A DNA stretch of 64,000 bases from assembly GCA_017853885.1 (NCBI GenBank), contig JAFMIR010000016.1:8990-72989 (forward strand), given 5' to 3'. The notes below the pieces were generated by a model. The model was not told the origin of the DNA and did not search any database. It worked only from the letters and a program-made list of their open reading frames with translations. Made by a program: the position numbers and the translations under genes. Shown here in pieces: positions 1 through 8,413 of the stretch. This stretch comes from Prosthecobacter sp. (GTDB lineage Bacteria; Verrucomicrobiota; Verrucomicrobiia; Verrucomicrobiales; Verrucomicrobiaceae). Numbering within the stretch: the first letter of the stretch is position 1; each line of letters begins with the position of its first letter.

Positions 1-618
1 ATGGAGCCGCTCACTAGCAACTCTGTGCAAGTCCATTGCACACTCGGCAATCACGACAGCCGCCAGAGCTTCATCAATGCCGTCCTCCCTCCTGGGCCCC
101 CGAATGCCGAGCGTCAGGTCCCTGTCGCAGACAAGCACGTCACCGTCGTCTCTAGTGCCACGATGAATTGGCTACTCCTCGACTCGCTTCACAGTGTGAA
201 CCAGACGCCCGGCCTCATCGGAGATGTGCAGCTTGGCTGGATCGACCGCACGCTGCGAGGTCTCCCCAACAAGCCCACGCTCGTCTGCGCTCACCACAAT
301 CCCATGCTCGCCAGCATGGACGACAAAAAAAAGAACGGCTGTCTTCAGGATAGTGATGCACTTTTCAAGATCCTCGCCTCCCATGAAAAAGTGAAGGGCT
401 TTATCCACGGGCATATCCACAACTGGAACCTCACGAAGCATGCAGAGACTGGCCTGCCTGTGCTTAGCCTCCCGCCCGTGGCGTACACCTTCAGCAAGGA
501 CCGCCCGAACGGTTGGGTACTTGTTCATGCCACGGCCGAAAAAGCCGAGTTCGAGCTGCGCAGCCTCAACCCTGCTCATGAAGAGCATGGCCAAAAGCAT
601 GTCATCGAGTTCATCTGA
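1..618 (+). CDS. Calcineurin-like metallophosphoesterase (CpdA/Icc-like), probably 5'-truncated by the window edge
   Basis: GNHD, HHNP and GHIH metal-binding motifs are present. The N-terminal DxH/GD motifs are missing, so the true start is probably upstream. Confidence 0.8.
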   Translation: MEPLTSNSVQVHCTLGNHDSRQSFINAVLPPGPPNAERQVPVADKHVTVVSSATMNWLLLDSLHSVNQTPGLIGDVQLGWIDRTLRGLPNKPTLVCAHHNPMLASMDDKKKNGCLQDSDALFKILASHEKVKGFIHGHIHNWNLTKHAETGLPVLSLPPVAYTFSKDRPNGWVLVHATAEKAEFELRSLNPAHEEHGQKHVIEFI

Positions 619-650
619 TTCTTTGAGCCCTTTTTGACTCTCATAGCCTC

Positions 651-1763
651 ATGCATCCCGCTTGGTTCCACATCGAAAACGAAGCCGAAATCCCTTCCCC
701 GGCCCTCCTTTTTTACCGTAGCCGCATTGAGCACAACCTGAAGCTCATGATTCACATTGCCGGCGGTGATCCGAAACGCCTCCGCCCGCATGTGAAGACT
801 CACAAGTGTGCCGAGATCATCGCTTGGCAGGTGCAGTTCGGCATCACGAGTTTCAAGGCCTCGACCATCGCTGAGGCTGAAATGTGTGCCGCGTCCGGAG
901 CCAATGATGTCCTGCTGGCCATGCCATGTGTTGGCCCGAACGCGCATCGCCTCGCGGAGCTCGCGTTGAAATTCCCCCAGACCGCCTTCTCTAGCATCGC
1001 CGATGCCGAGGACAGCCTGCGCTTGCTTGCCTCTGCCGCCCAACAGCACCGGGTCACGCTTGGCGTTTACCTTGAGATCGATTGTGGCATGGCTCGCACC
1101 GGCATTGTGCCGGGCGATGAGGCCGCCTCTTTGGCACATGTGATGAAAGATACACCGAAACTGCAGTTTCGAGGCCTTCACGCCTACGACGGCCACATTC
1201 ACGATGAGAGCCTCGATGTGCGCCAGGAGCGTTGCGATGCTGCTTTTGCCTCCGTGCACCAACTTCGCTGTCGTTTGCAAGGCGAAGGCATCCTCGTCAA
1301 AGAATTGGTCGCGGGCGGCTCGCCTACCTTCGGGTTGCATGCCAAACATGCTGACCGCACGCTGAGCCCTGGCACCACGGTGCTGTGGGACTTCGGCTAC
1401 GGAGACAAGCACCCAGATCTGCCCTTCCAGCCTGCCGCGGTCTTGCTCGCCCGTGTGATCAGCAAACCTGGCAAAAACCGCATCACGCTTGATCTCGGCC
1501 ACAAATCTGTTGCACCGGAGAATCCGCATCCGCGTGTGCGCTTCGAAGAGCTACCAGATGCCACGCCGCTGATGCAAAGTGAGGAGCACCTCGTGCTTGA
1601 GACCGAGCGTGCAAATGAGTTCCTTATTGGCCAAGCCTTGCACGGCATTCCGCGGCATGTCTGCCCCACCGTCTCCATGCATGGTGAGGCGCATCTTATC
1701 GAAAATGGCCGCTTCACCACCCGCTGGCCCATTACCTCACGCAATCGCCGCATCACCATTTGA
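651..1763 (+). CDS. PLP-dependent D-threonine aldolase / DSD1-family enzyme (alanine-racemase fold)
   Basis: RPHVKTHK PLP-lysine motif; EIDCGMARTG, GLHAYDGH, GGSPTF and SEEHLV...PRHVCPTV motifs. Confidence 0.9.
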   Translation: MHPAWFHIENEAEIPSPALLFYRSRIEHNLKLMIHIAGGDPKRLRPHVKTHKCAEIIAWQVQFGITSFKASTIAEAEMCAASGANDVLLAMPCVGPNAHRLAELALKFPQTAFSSIADAEDSLRLLASAAQQHRVTLGVYLEIDCGMARTGIVPGDEAASLAHVMKDTPKLQFRGLHAYDGHIHDESLDVRQERCDAAFASVHQLRCRLQGEGILVKELVAGGSPTFGLHAKHADRTLSPGTTVLWDFGYGDKHPDLPFQPAAVLLARVISKPGKNRITLDLGHKSVAPENPHPRVRFEELPDATPLMQSEEHLVLETERANEFLIGQALHGIPRHVCPTVSMHGEAHLIENGRFTTRWPITSRNRRITI

Positions 1764-1765
1764 GT

Positions 1766-2233
1766 ATGAAGCACTGGCTCCTCAAATCTGAACCCGACGT
1801 CTTCTCCTTCGACGACCTCAAAAAGCGTCCCAATAAGACCGAGCCATGGAACGGCGTGCGCAACTATCAGGTGCGCAACATGATGAGAGATGAGATGCAC
1901 ATCGGCGACCTTGGCTTTTTCTACCATTCGAGCTGCCCTCAGCCAGGCATCGCGGGCGTCGTGCGCCTTGTTAGCGAGGCCAAGCCAGATCCCACGCAGT
2001 TTGACCCCTCATCGGAATACTTCGACCCCGGCAGCAAGCGCGAGGAACCTCGCTGGTTGCTCATCGATGTGAAGTGGGAGGCCCATTTCCCGAGCTTCGT
2101 GAGCCTTGAAATGCTGCGCGCTGATCCATTCCTTGCTGATCTGCTCATCCTGCGCCGTGGCAACCGCCTCTCCATCACCGAAGTTTCCAAGAAACACTTT
2201 GACCGTATCCGCCAGCTTGGCGGCCTGAAGTGA
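1766..2233 (+). CDS. EVE domain protein (PUA-like, thymocyte nuclear protein 1 family)
   Basis: WLLKSEPDVFS, WNGVRNYQVRN, FFYHSSC and RGNRLSI signature. The ATG at 1766 is preferred over the TTG at 1760. Confidence 0.9.
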   Translation: MKHWLLKSEPDVFSFDDLKKRPNKTEPWNGVRNYQVRNMMRDEMHIGDLGFFYHSSCPQPGIAGVVRLVSEAKPDPTQFDPSSEYFDPGSKREEPRWLLIDVKWEAHFPSFVSLEMLRADPFLADLLILRRGNRLSITEVSKKHFDRIRQLGGLK

Positions 2234-2618
2234 AGGTGAAAGGAGCAGCCGTTTTATGGCAATAAAGCGGACGCAAAGTTATAGTAATAAATCTTAAGCG
2301 GAAGGCGCCACTTTTAGTTCGAGACAATTTCGAATGGTTCGCTCGATGGAAACCACTCCTGAATGGCAAGGTAAACGCCTTTCAGAAACTTCAAAATTGG
2401 CACCCTTTATGTTTTGCTAAATTGATAGGTTCCCGGCAGGGTCGCCCGTATGCTTTTCCGGACCTTGTGAAAAAACCTGGTTTCCACCCTCAAACTTTTC
2501 AAAACAATAGCAAAATCATGATCCAACTGAACTCGAAATGTTCTTTCCAAACCCTTAACAATCTGTAAGAATTTAACCATATCAATCCAGTTTTTATCAT
2601 CAGGCTCGTCCATTTGCC

Positions 2619-3398
2619 ATGCATGTTCGATTTTTAAGTGATGGAAGTGAATACCGCTCCTACGGCGGTGGTAGCTTCTCAAAAAAGAAAGATTCCGGAG
2701 GAATCTTTTGGTGGACGATCCTGATCACATTCCTCATGGGCGTTGCCACGTTTTGTTGGTTTTTCAGCATCATGGTTTTCTCCCACCCGGAAAAACCCTT
2801 CAACTACCGGGTGCTTGCCAAGTTTGACAAGCTTGATCCGATCCGCCCTTTCTCGAAGTACTCTGTTCCGGGTGGCAAGTTCCTGCCCTCTCGTGATCTG
2901 CTAGCGGAATTCTTTAACTTCTCGCATGAACAACTCGCGGTGAAGAATGATCTTTTGAAGCGTGCCTACATCCGCAATTACAAACAGGAAGAACCCATCT
3001 ACGTCACCGGTGACTATCAGGTGATCAACTCGCGGCCGCTCGTCTCAAACGACGTGATCACGCAAGGGTGGATCATCCGTGCGCGTTCGGTGGAGCTCGA
3101 AGATGTGGATGTGGAGATCGTTCTTCCAGGTCTCACGGAAAAGACAGATCCTTATCAAGCAGGTGACAAGATCACGTTGGACAAAAAGAACACGTTTGCC
3201 GCAGCACTGCATGTGCAAAAGTTTGATCAGGATCGCCTCTGCGTCACACTGATGCCCATCACCTATCAAGGCCTCGGAGCGAAAAATGGTAAAGCCTTGA
3301 AGATGAATCCACCTGCCTTGCTCAATATGGGAGCCTACTGGCCGATCTCGCATGATCCCGCCAATGGAGAAAAGGTTGCTGCGCAAAGCGGCGAGTGA
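2619..3398 (+). CDS. Hypothetical single-pass membrane protein
   Basis: 259-aa ORF with one hydrophobic segment (IFWWTILITFLMGVATFCWFFSIMVF) followed by a soluble domain; no family recognised. Confidence 0.75.
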   Translation: MHVRFLSDGSEYRSYGGGSFSKKKDSGGIFWWTILITFLMGVATFCWFFSIMVFSHPEKPFNYRVLAKFDKLDPIRPFSKYSVPGGKFLPSRDLLAEFFNFSHEQLAVKNDLLKRAYIRNYKQEEPIYVTGDYQVINSRPLVSNDVITQGWIIRARSVELEDVDVEIVLPGLTEKTDPYQAGDKITLDKKNTFAAALHVQKFDQDRLCVTLMPITYQGLGAKNGKALKMNPPALLNMGAYWPISHDPANGEKVAAQSGE

Positions 3399-3526
3399 TT
3401 TCACAGCGCGGCCTCGCCCTGATGGAAAAGCTGTGAAAACTCCACCGGCTTCAGCGGCATGTTGAAGAAACGGGAATGCGATGATCGATACCTTGTAATC
3501 CAACTCGTGACGTGTTGGTATATCGC

Positions 3527-4198
3527 ATGCCTGCGCGTCGTGGTTCGTTGATGCTTTTGATTCTAGTTCTGTTGGGAGCCATCCTAATCCCCTTTTTCGT
3601 CTGGGGCAGGCGCTTTGACGCGGCGCTCAGCCTTGATGGTGCACGTCAATGGATGGAAGGCTTTGGAGTGTGGGCCTGGGTGGGAGGCATCCTGCTGCTC
3701 ATGAGTGACATCGTGTTGCCGGTGCCTTCCACCGTTGTGATGTCTGCCATCGGCTGGGTGTATGGCTGGCTCGTAGGCGGCCTCGTGTGTGCGGCAGGCT
3801 CGATGCTTTCCGGCATCGTCGCTTATGCCTTATGTCATTGGCTGGGACGTGGCGCTGCAGCGTGGATTGCGGGTGAGAAAGGTCTGCAAAAAGTAGAAGC
3901 CTTGTTTGATAGACACGGCGGATGGCTTGTGGCGCTTTCGCGCTGGACGCCGGTGCTGCCGGAGGCAGTCGCGTGCCTTGCTGGCATTGCCCGCATGAGC
4001 TGGCGCGTGTTTCTGCCCTCGCTGGCCTGTGGCAGCATTCCCTTGGGCTTCGCGTTCGCTGCCATTGGCCATTTGGGTCAAAGCGAACCTATCTGGGCCA
4101 TCGCGCTTAGCGCCATCACGCCGGTCTTTTTGTGGCTTCTGGCATCCCGGCTTGTGCGGCGGCCTGGTGAAGCATTGACTTCATGTCAAGGCGGATGA
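3527..4198 (+). CDS. DedA/VTT (TVP38/TMEM64, SNARE-associated) membrane protein
   Basis: LPVPSTVV, YALCHWLGR and VALSRWTPVLPE DedA-type motifs; hydrophobic throughout. The start could be the GTG at 3512. Confidence 0.85.
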   Translation: MPARRGSLMLLILVLLGAILIPFFVWGRRFDAALSLDGARQWMEGFGVWAWVGGILLLMSDIVLPVPSTVVMSAIGWVYGWLVGGLVCAAGSMLSGIVAYALCHWLGRGAAAWIAGEKGLQKVEALFDRHGGWLVALSRWTPVLPEAVACLAGIARMSWRVFLPSLACGSIPLGFAFAAIGHLGQSEPIWAIALSAITPVFLWLLASRLVRRPGEALTSCQGG

Positions 4199-6566
4199 AG
4201 CGCAACGCCAACGGAATACCGATGAGTATCCCGACGACTCCGATCACACCAAAAAAGCCGATGGGTAGAGGCAGCGTGGCCAGCAGGCATGCCAAGACTA
4301 GGCCCAATGCGAGATTCCAAACCAACCCGCGGCGTATACGCAGCATGCAGCGCACCCGTGTAAGACAGCGTCGATGCCCGTGATACTCGGTGACGGTCAT
4401 GAAGGCCTGCGAAAGATCGCTGTGTGGAGCGAGCTCGAAGTCAAACCAGCGCCAGCCATCATCCTCGCGAACCATGCGCCGATTTTCCGTCAGCACGTGA
4501 CGCAGTGCATTGAGCAAACAATGACGATCATGGCCCTCCTCACTCCAAAACGACAGCGTTGTGAGAGTGATCGATATCTTGCCAGGCTTGAGCGGCGGCA
4601 GGATGTCCGGCGCGTGAGGTCGCCATGTCGGCAGCGCGCCTCCGATGAACATGCCCGAAAGGCGCGCAAACTCCCGCACCACTGGCTGGAGAAAGCTCAG
4701 CAGCCAAAGTAAAGTTCCATCACGCAAGCCGCCTAGGCAGACCGCCTGCGCATTCCGCCGACTGATGCGCCACGCGGCCCACGAGGCAAAAACCAGCAGC
4801 AGCAGCGCCACCGGTTCGAGTCTCAAAACGGCTGCCAGCAGGGCGAACGCGATCCAGATCACCCCCGTGAATCGGTCCCACCAGCGAAAGCCTTTGTTCG
4901 CCGCATAGATCGTCTGAAAGGCCCCCATCCCCAACGGGCCGTGGTAGATGCTGCCCTCAATCGGATCATCCGAAGGAAGATGATCACCATAGATGCCGCC
5001 GCGCCATCGAGCGCCGCCAAGCGGCCCAAAACGTTGCGGATGCTGTCGCATCAAAAGCGCTTCCGCACGGCCATAACCAAGCTGTTGCCTCAGATAAGCA
5101 CGAATCGTGAAACGGCGATGATGCCACACCATCGCACCTGGCACAAAGCGCAGGCTGCCGCGCCCACCGTGCTCGCGAAGCCTCCAGCAAATGTCCACAT
5201 CATCACCCGCCGTGATAAAATCGGCCTTGAAACCACCAATGGCATGCAACGCGACTTTGCGGATCGCTAGATTGCACCCAGGCAGATGCTCCGCCTCCGT
5301 GTCGCTGAGCAAAACATGCGCCGGAGCTCCCGGTGCGGCGGCCACAACACGCTCGACTCGATTCCGTGGTGGCGGCGGAATGTTCGGCCCGCCAGCGGCG
5401 AGCACGCGTTCATCGGCAAAGGCTAGACTGAGATACAAAAGCCAGTCAGCGTGAGCTATGCAATCATCATCCGTGTAGGCCACGATGCTGCCGGTGGCGA
5501 GTTCCGCGCCGCGATTGCGTGCCACGCTCAAGCCCGCCGGCTCTTGACGATAATACTTCACAAAATGGAAGCCCTTTGCGATCTCCGGCGTGGCATCTGT
5601 CGATCCATCATCCACCAACCACACCTCGTAATGGGGATAGTTCAGCGCTTTCAGTGACTCCAAGCATTCGCTCAGCGTGCGAGCGCCATTCCGCGTGCAG
5701 ACCACCACCGAGATGCGTGGTGCATTAGAAGGAGGTGAAAGCCTGGCTGGCAGGATCTGGCAGGCCGCACGCTCTTGGCGTTCACGTGTCACCAAGCCAA
5801 AACGCCAAGCCGTCACTTCTTCCCCACCCCGAAACCACTCATCCGTATAGCTGAACCAAAACGCGCCTGCGCATCCTCCGGCAAGGGTTTCAGTCTCATA
5901 CCATTGAAAAACCTCCCTTTGAACCTCATCGCCCTGCATGGCAGTATCAAGGCCGAACTCCGTGATCACCAATGGTTTGTTACCTGCGAGGTTTTGCAAG
6001 CGGGCTAGATAGCGCGTGAACTCTTCGCGACGTTCCAAATACACATTCACGGCAAGAAAGTCCGCGTTTCGCGGCACCAGATACTCTGTCGAAGGGTAGG
6101 TGGCATAGCTTACGAGTTTTTGAGGAGCCTGCGCACGCACCACATCGATCAGTTCCTCCATCGCCGCTCGCACTCGGTTGGGACGCATCCAGCGCACCAA
6201 GGTTTTCTCGATTTCGTTGCCCACCAGAATCGCCGAGACCGCTTCCTGCCTGCCAAGAAAAGCCGCGCCATTCTCCACGCTGCGCCGGATGTCTTGCCAC
6301 GTGCTCACATCGCTCAGGAAATCGATGTGTTCTGCCCACGGGATGCCGCACACAAGTTTGATGCCATGCTTCATCGCCGCATCGAGCATGTCCTGATCTG
6401 GAATCTCATACAACCGCACACTGTTGAAACCGAGCCTTGCGATATGCGCGAAGTCCACGTCCATCTTTCGAGATGAATCCGGTGCAAAGGGCCCGTAACT
6501 CACGCCACGCCAATGCGAGGCAAAAAACTTGCCGGGCATCGGTGCGGATTTGGTCAGAGTGGGCAT
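4116..6566 (-). CDS. Fusion of a clan GH-A TIM-barrel domain, a GT2 glycosyltransferase and C-terminal membrane helices
   Basis: N-terminal FNSVRLY, LVGNE (acid/base) and ITEFG (nucleophile). GT2 motifs SVVVCTRNG, VDDGSTD, YTDDD and GDDVDICWR. TM segments near the C-terminus. Confidence 0.85.
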   Translation of the reverse strand: MPTLTKSAPMPGKFFASHWRGVSYGPFAPDSSRKMDVDFAHIARLGFNSVRLYEIPDQDMLDAAMKHGIKLVCGIPWAEHIDFLSDVSTWQDIRRSVENGAAFLGRQEAVSAILVGNEIEKTLVRWMRPNRVRAAMEELIDVVRAQAPQKLVSYATYPSTEYLVPRNADFLAVNVYLERREEFTRYLARLQNLAGNKPLVITEFGLDTAMQGDEVQREVFQWYETETLAGGCAGAFWFSYTDEWFRGGEEVTAWRFGLVTRERQERAACQILPARLSPPSNAPRISVVVCTRNGARTLSECLESLKALNYPHYEVWLVDDGSTDATPEIAKGFHFVKYYRQEPAGLSVARNRGAELATGSIVAYTDDDCIAHADWLLYLSLAFADERVLAAGGPNIPPPPRNRVERVVAAAPGAPAHVLLSDTEAEHLPGCNLAIRKVALHAIGGFKADFITAGDDVDICWRLREHGGRGSLRFVPGAMVWHHRRFTIRAYLRQQLGYGRAEALLMRQHPQRFGPLGGARWRGGIYGDHLPSDDPIEGSIYHGPLGMGAFQTIYAANKGFRWWDRFTGVIWIAFALLAAVLRLEPVALLLLVFASWAAWRISRRNAQAVCLGGLRDGTLLWLLSFLQPVVREFARLSGMFIGGALPTWRPHAPDILPPLKPGKISITLTTLSFWSEEGHDRHCLLNALRHVLTENRRMVREDDGWRWFDFELAPHSDLSQAFMTVTEYHGHRRCLTRVRCMLRIRRGLVWNLALGLVLACLLATLPLPIGFFGVIGVVGILIGIPLALRFIRLDMKSMLHQAAAQAGMPEATKRPA

Positions 6567-6603
6567 CACGATAAAAAGAAGACGATACGAACGCGTTCCG
6601 GAT

Positions 6604-7194
6604 TCACTTCAACTCCAGCACGCCAAAGCTCGCCGGTACATGAAAGTCTGGCTTCTCTGTGTGCGGATTCACCCACGGCATCCAGCCGCAATGCACGGTG
6701 CCATCCGGTTTGCGATGAAACTCCGCGCGGTACAGTCCCGCAAACATCTCGCGGCCGCGCAGCACGCCGAGATCATGCAGCGCTTTCAATGGGATGCTTC
6801 CGATCACCGTATAGCCGCCTTCACGAATTTCCGGTTCCAAAGCAAGGTCTTCAAAACTCCAACTCCAATCGACTTCGCGATAAAAGCTCGCCGCGTAATC
6901 CGCCACATCGCCCCGCGGACTCATTTCGAGCCCGTAGTAGCATTGCAGGCTCAAATCCGTCGCGAAGAAGATCTCCACACGGTCTGCCCCTAGTGCCCTT
7001 TCTTTGGCCGTCGGCCCCTCCGGCAGCACCAGATCCTCATCCATGCAGTCGAAACGAAAACGAAATACCGTATCATCATGCATGGCCCGAAACTCTGTTT
7101 TCGGTGCGGGCCGATCCTCCCATGGAAATATGAAGTCCGTGAGCGGATCAGCCTCAGACCATCGGGCAGCGTTTCGGACGAGATAGCGTTTCAT
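6604..7194 (-). CDS. Carbohydrate-binding family 9-like (DOMON-like) sugar-binding protein
   Basis: DRVEIF, YYGLEMSPRG and KPDFHVPASFG pattern. The ATG at 7194 is chosen because the longer ORF track start overlaps the divergent gene. Confidence 0.7.
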   Translation of the reverse strand: MKRYLVRNAARWSEADPLTDFIFPWEDRPAPKTEFRAMHDDTVFRFRFDCMDEDLVLPEGPTAKERALGADRVEIFFATDLSLQCYYGLEMSPRGDVADYAASFYREVDWSWSFEDLALEPEIREGGYTVIGSIPLKALHDLGVLRGREMFAGLYRAEFHRKPDGTVHCGWMPWVNPHTEKPDFHVPASFGVLELK

Positions 7195-7465
7195 CCGCGA
7201 GCAGTGGCACGAATGCACGCAGGCGACAAGACATGGATTGACGCCACGGCGGATCTTCTGCCACCCTATCGGGCTTATGGTTGCATTCTCAAAACCTGCA
7301 CAGAATTTTTCGTTCCAGCAATCGAGCACAGTTTGGGCCCGCGGTGAATGGTCGGCGGTGTCGGTTGCGAACTTTTTCAGGATTCCCGTTCTGCTTGGCC
7401 TCATCACTCTCGGCTTGTTCATCAATGGCACGTTGATGCTGATCGGCACAAAGATCTTTCGCCTT

Positions 7466-8407
7466 ATGAAAACAGGGATGGCGCTTCTTTTTTTCACCAC
7501 CCTAGCTGCCGCGCAACCGTTTACCATCGCGCATCGCGGTGCCAGTGGCTATGTGCCGGAGCACACGCGCGAGGCCAAGGTCATGGCACATGCGATGGGC
7601 GCGGAGTTCATCGAACAGGACGTCGTGCTTTCGAAAGACGACGTGCCGGTGGTGCTGCATGACATTCATCTCGAAACCACGAGCGATGTCGCGATGCGCT
7701 TCCCGGGCCGCAAACGGGCGGACGGACGCTACTACGCGCTCGATTTCACACTCCTAGAGCTGAGACAGCTTTCGATGCACGAGCGGACGGATCATAAAAC
7801 GGGCAAGCCGGTCTACCCGAACCGTTTTCCGGCCACCATGGGCGGTTTCCGCATCCTGACGCTGGATGAGGAACTGGAAGTCATCGCGGGCCTGAATCGC
7901 AGCACCGGCCGCGTGGCAGGCATTTATCCGGAGATCAAGCAGCCAACTTGGCATCGGAAAGAAGGCCGCGACATCAGCTCGGTGGTGCTGCGTGTGCTGG
8001 CGAAGCATGGCTACACGACAAAAGAGCATGCATGCTACCTGCAATGCTTTGAATATGGAGAGCTGAAGCGTTTGAGGCATGAACTCGGTTGGAAGGGAAG
8101 GCTCATTTTTCTTGCGGGCAACAAAACCAAGATCGACCTCGCCGAGTTGGCGAAAGTCGTGGATGGTATCGGGCCATCGATTGGTGCCATCGTTTCCGGC
8201 ACGCAGGTCACGGATCTGACTGCACGTGCGCATGCGTTTGGCCTCGAAGTGCATCCTCACACGCTGCGCGTCGATGATCTACCGAAAGGCATTCAAACGT
8301 CCGATGAGCTCATGCGGCTGCTTGTTGATGAGGCGAAGGTGGATGCACTCTTCACCGATTTTCCAGATGTGACGGTGAATGGGTTAAAGAAGGCCGCCAG
8401 ACCTTAA
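7466..8407 (+). CDS. glpQ: Glycerophosphodiester phosphodiesterase, secreted
   Basis: IAHRGASGYVPEHT, IEQDVVLSKD, YPEIK and LFTDFPD motifs; signal peptide after the ATG at 7466. Confidence 0.9.
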   Translation: MKTGMALLFFTTLAAAQPFTIAHRGASGYVPEHTREAKVMAHAMGAEFIEQDVVLSKDDVPVVLHDIHLETTSDVAMRFPGRKRADGRYYALDFTLLELRQLSMHERTDHKTGKPVYPNRFPATMGGFRILTLDEELEVIAGLNRSTGRVAGIYPEIKQPTWHRKEGRDISSVVLRVLAKHGYTTKEHACYLQCFEYGELKRLRHELGWKGRLIFLAGNKTKIDLAELAKVVDGIGPSIGAIVSGTQVTDLTARAHAFGLEVHPHTLRVDDLPKGIQTSDELMRLLVDEAKVDALFTDFPDVTVNGLKKAARP

Positions 8408-8413
8408 GGCCCT

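Noticed and set aside
2320-2350. GTTCGA-containing stretch resembling a tRNA T-loop
   Set aside because: No cloverleaf, acceptor stem or D-arm can be built around it.
2234-2618. Possible replication origin (AT-rich with a DnaA box)
   Set aside because: There is only one consensus box, no box cluster, and no dnaA/dnaN/gidA-type neighbours.
3399-3438. 9-bp inverted repeat TTTCACAGC...GCTGTGAAA after the 2619 gene
   Set aside because: It has a 22-nt loop and no U-tract. It is a single copy and too weak to call a terminator or REP.
6529-6993. 154-aa plus-strand ORF that could be taken for a small transposase or enzyme
   Set aside because: It lies antisense to the CBM9-like gene and has no HUH, DDE or other family motif.
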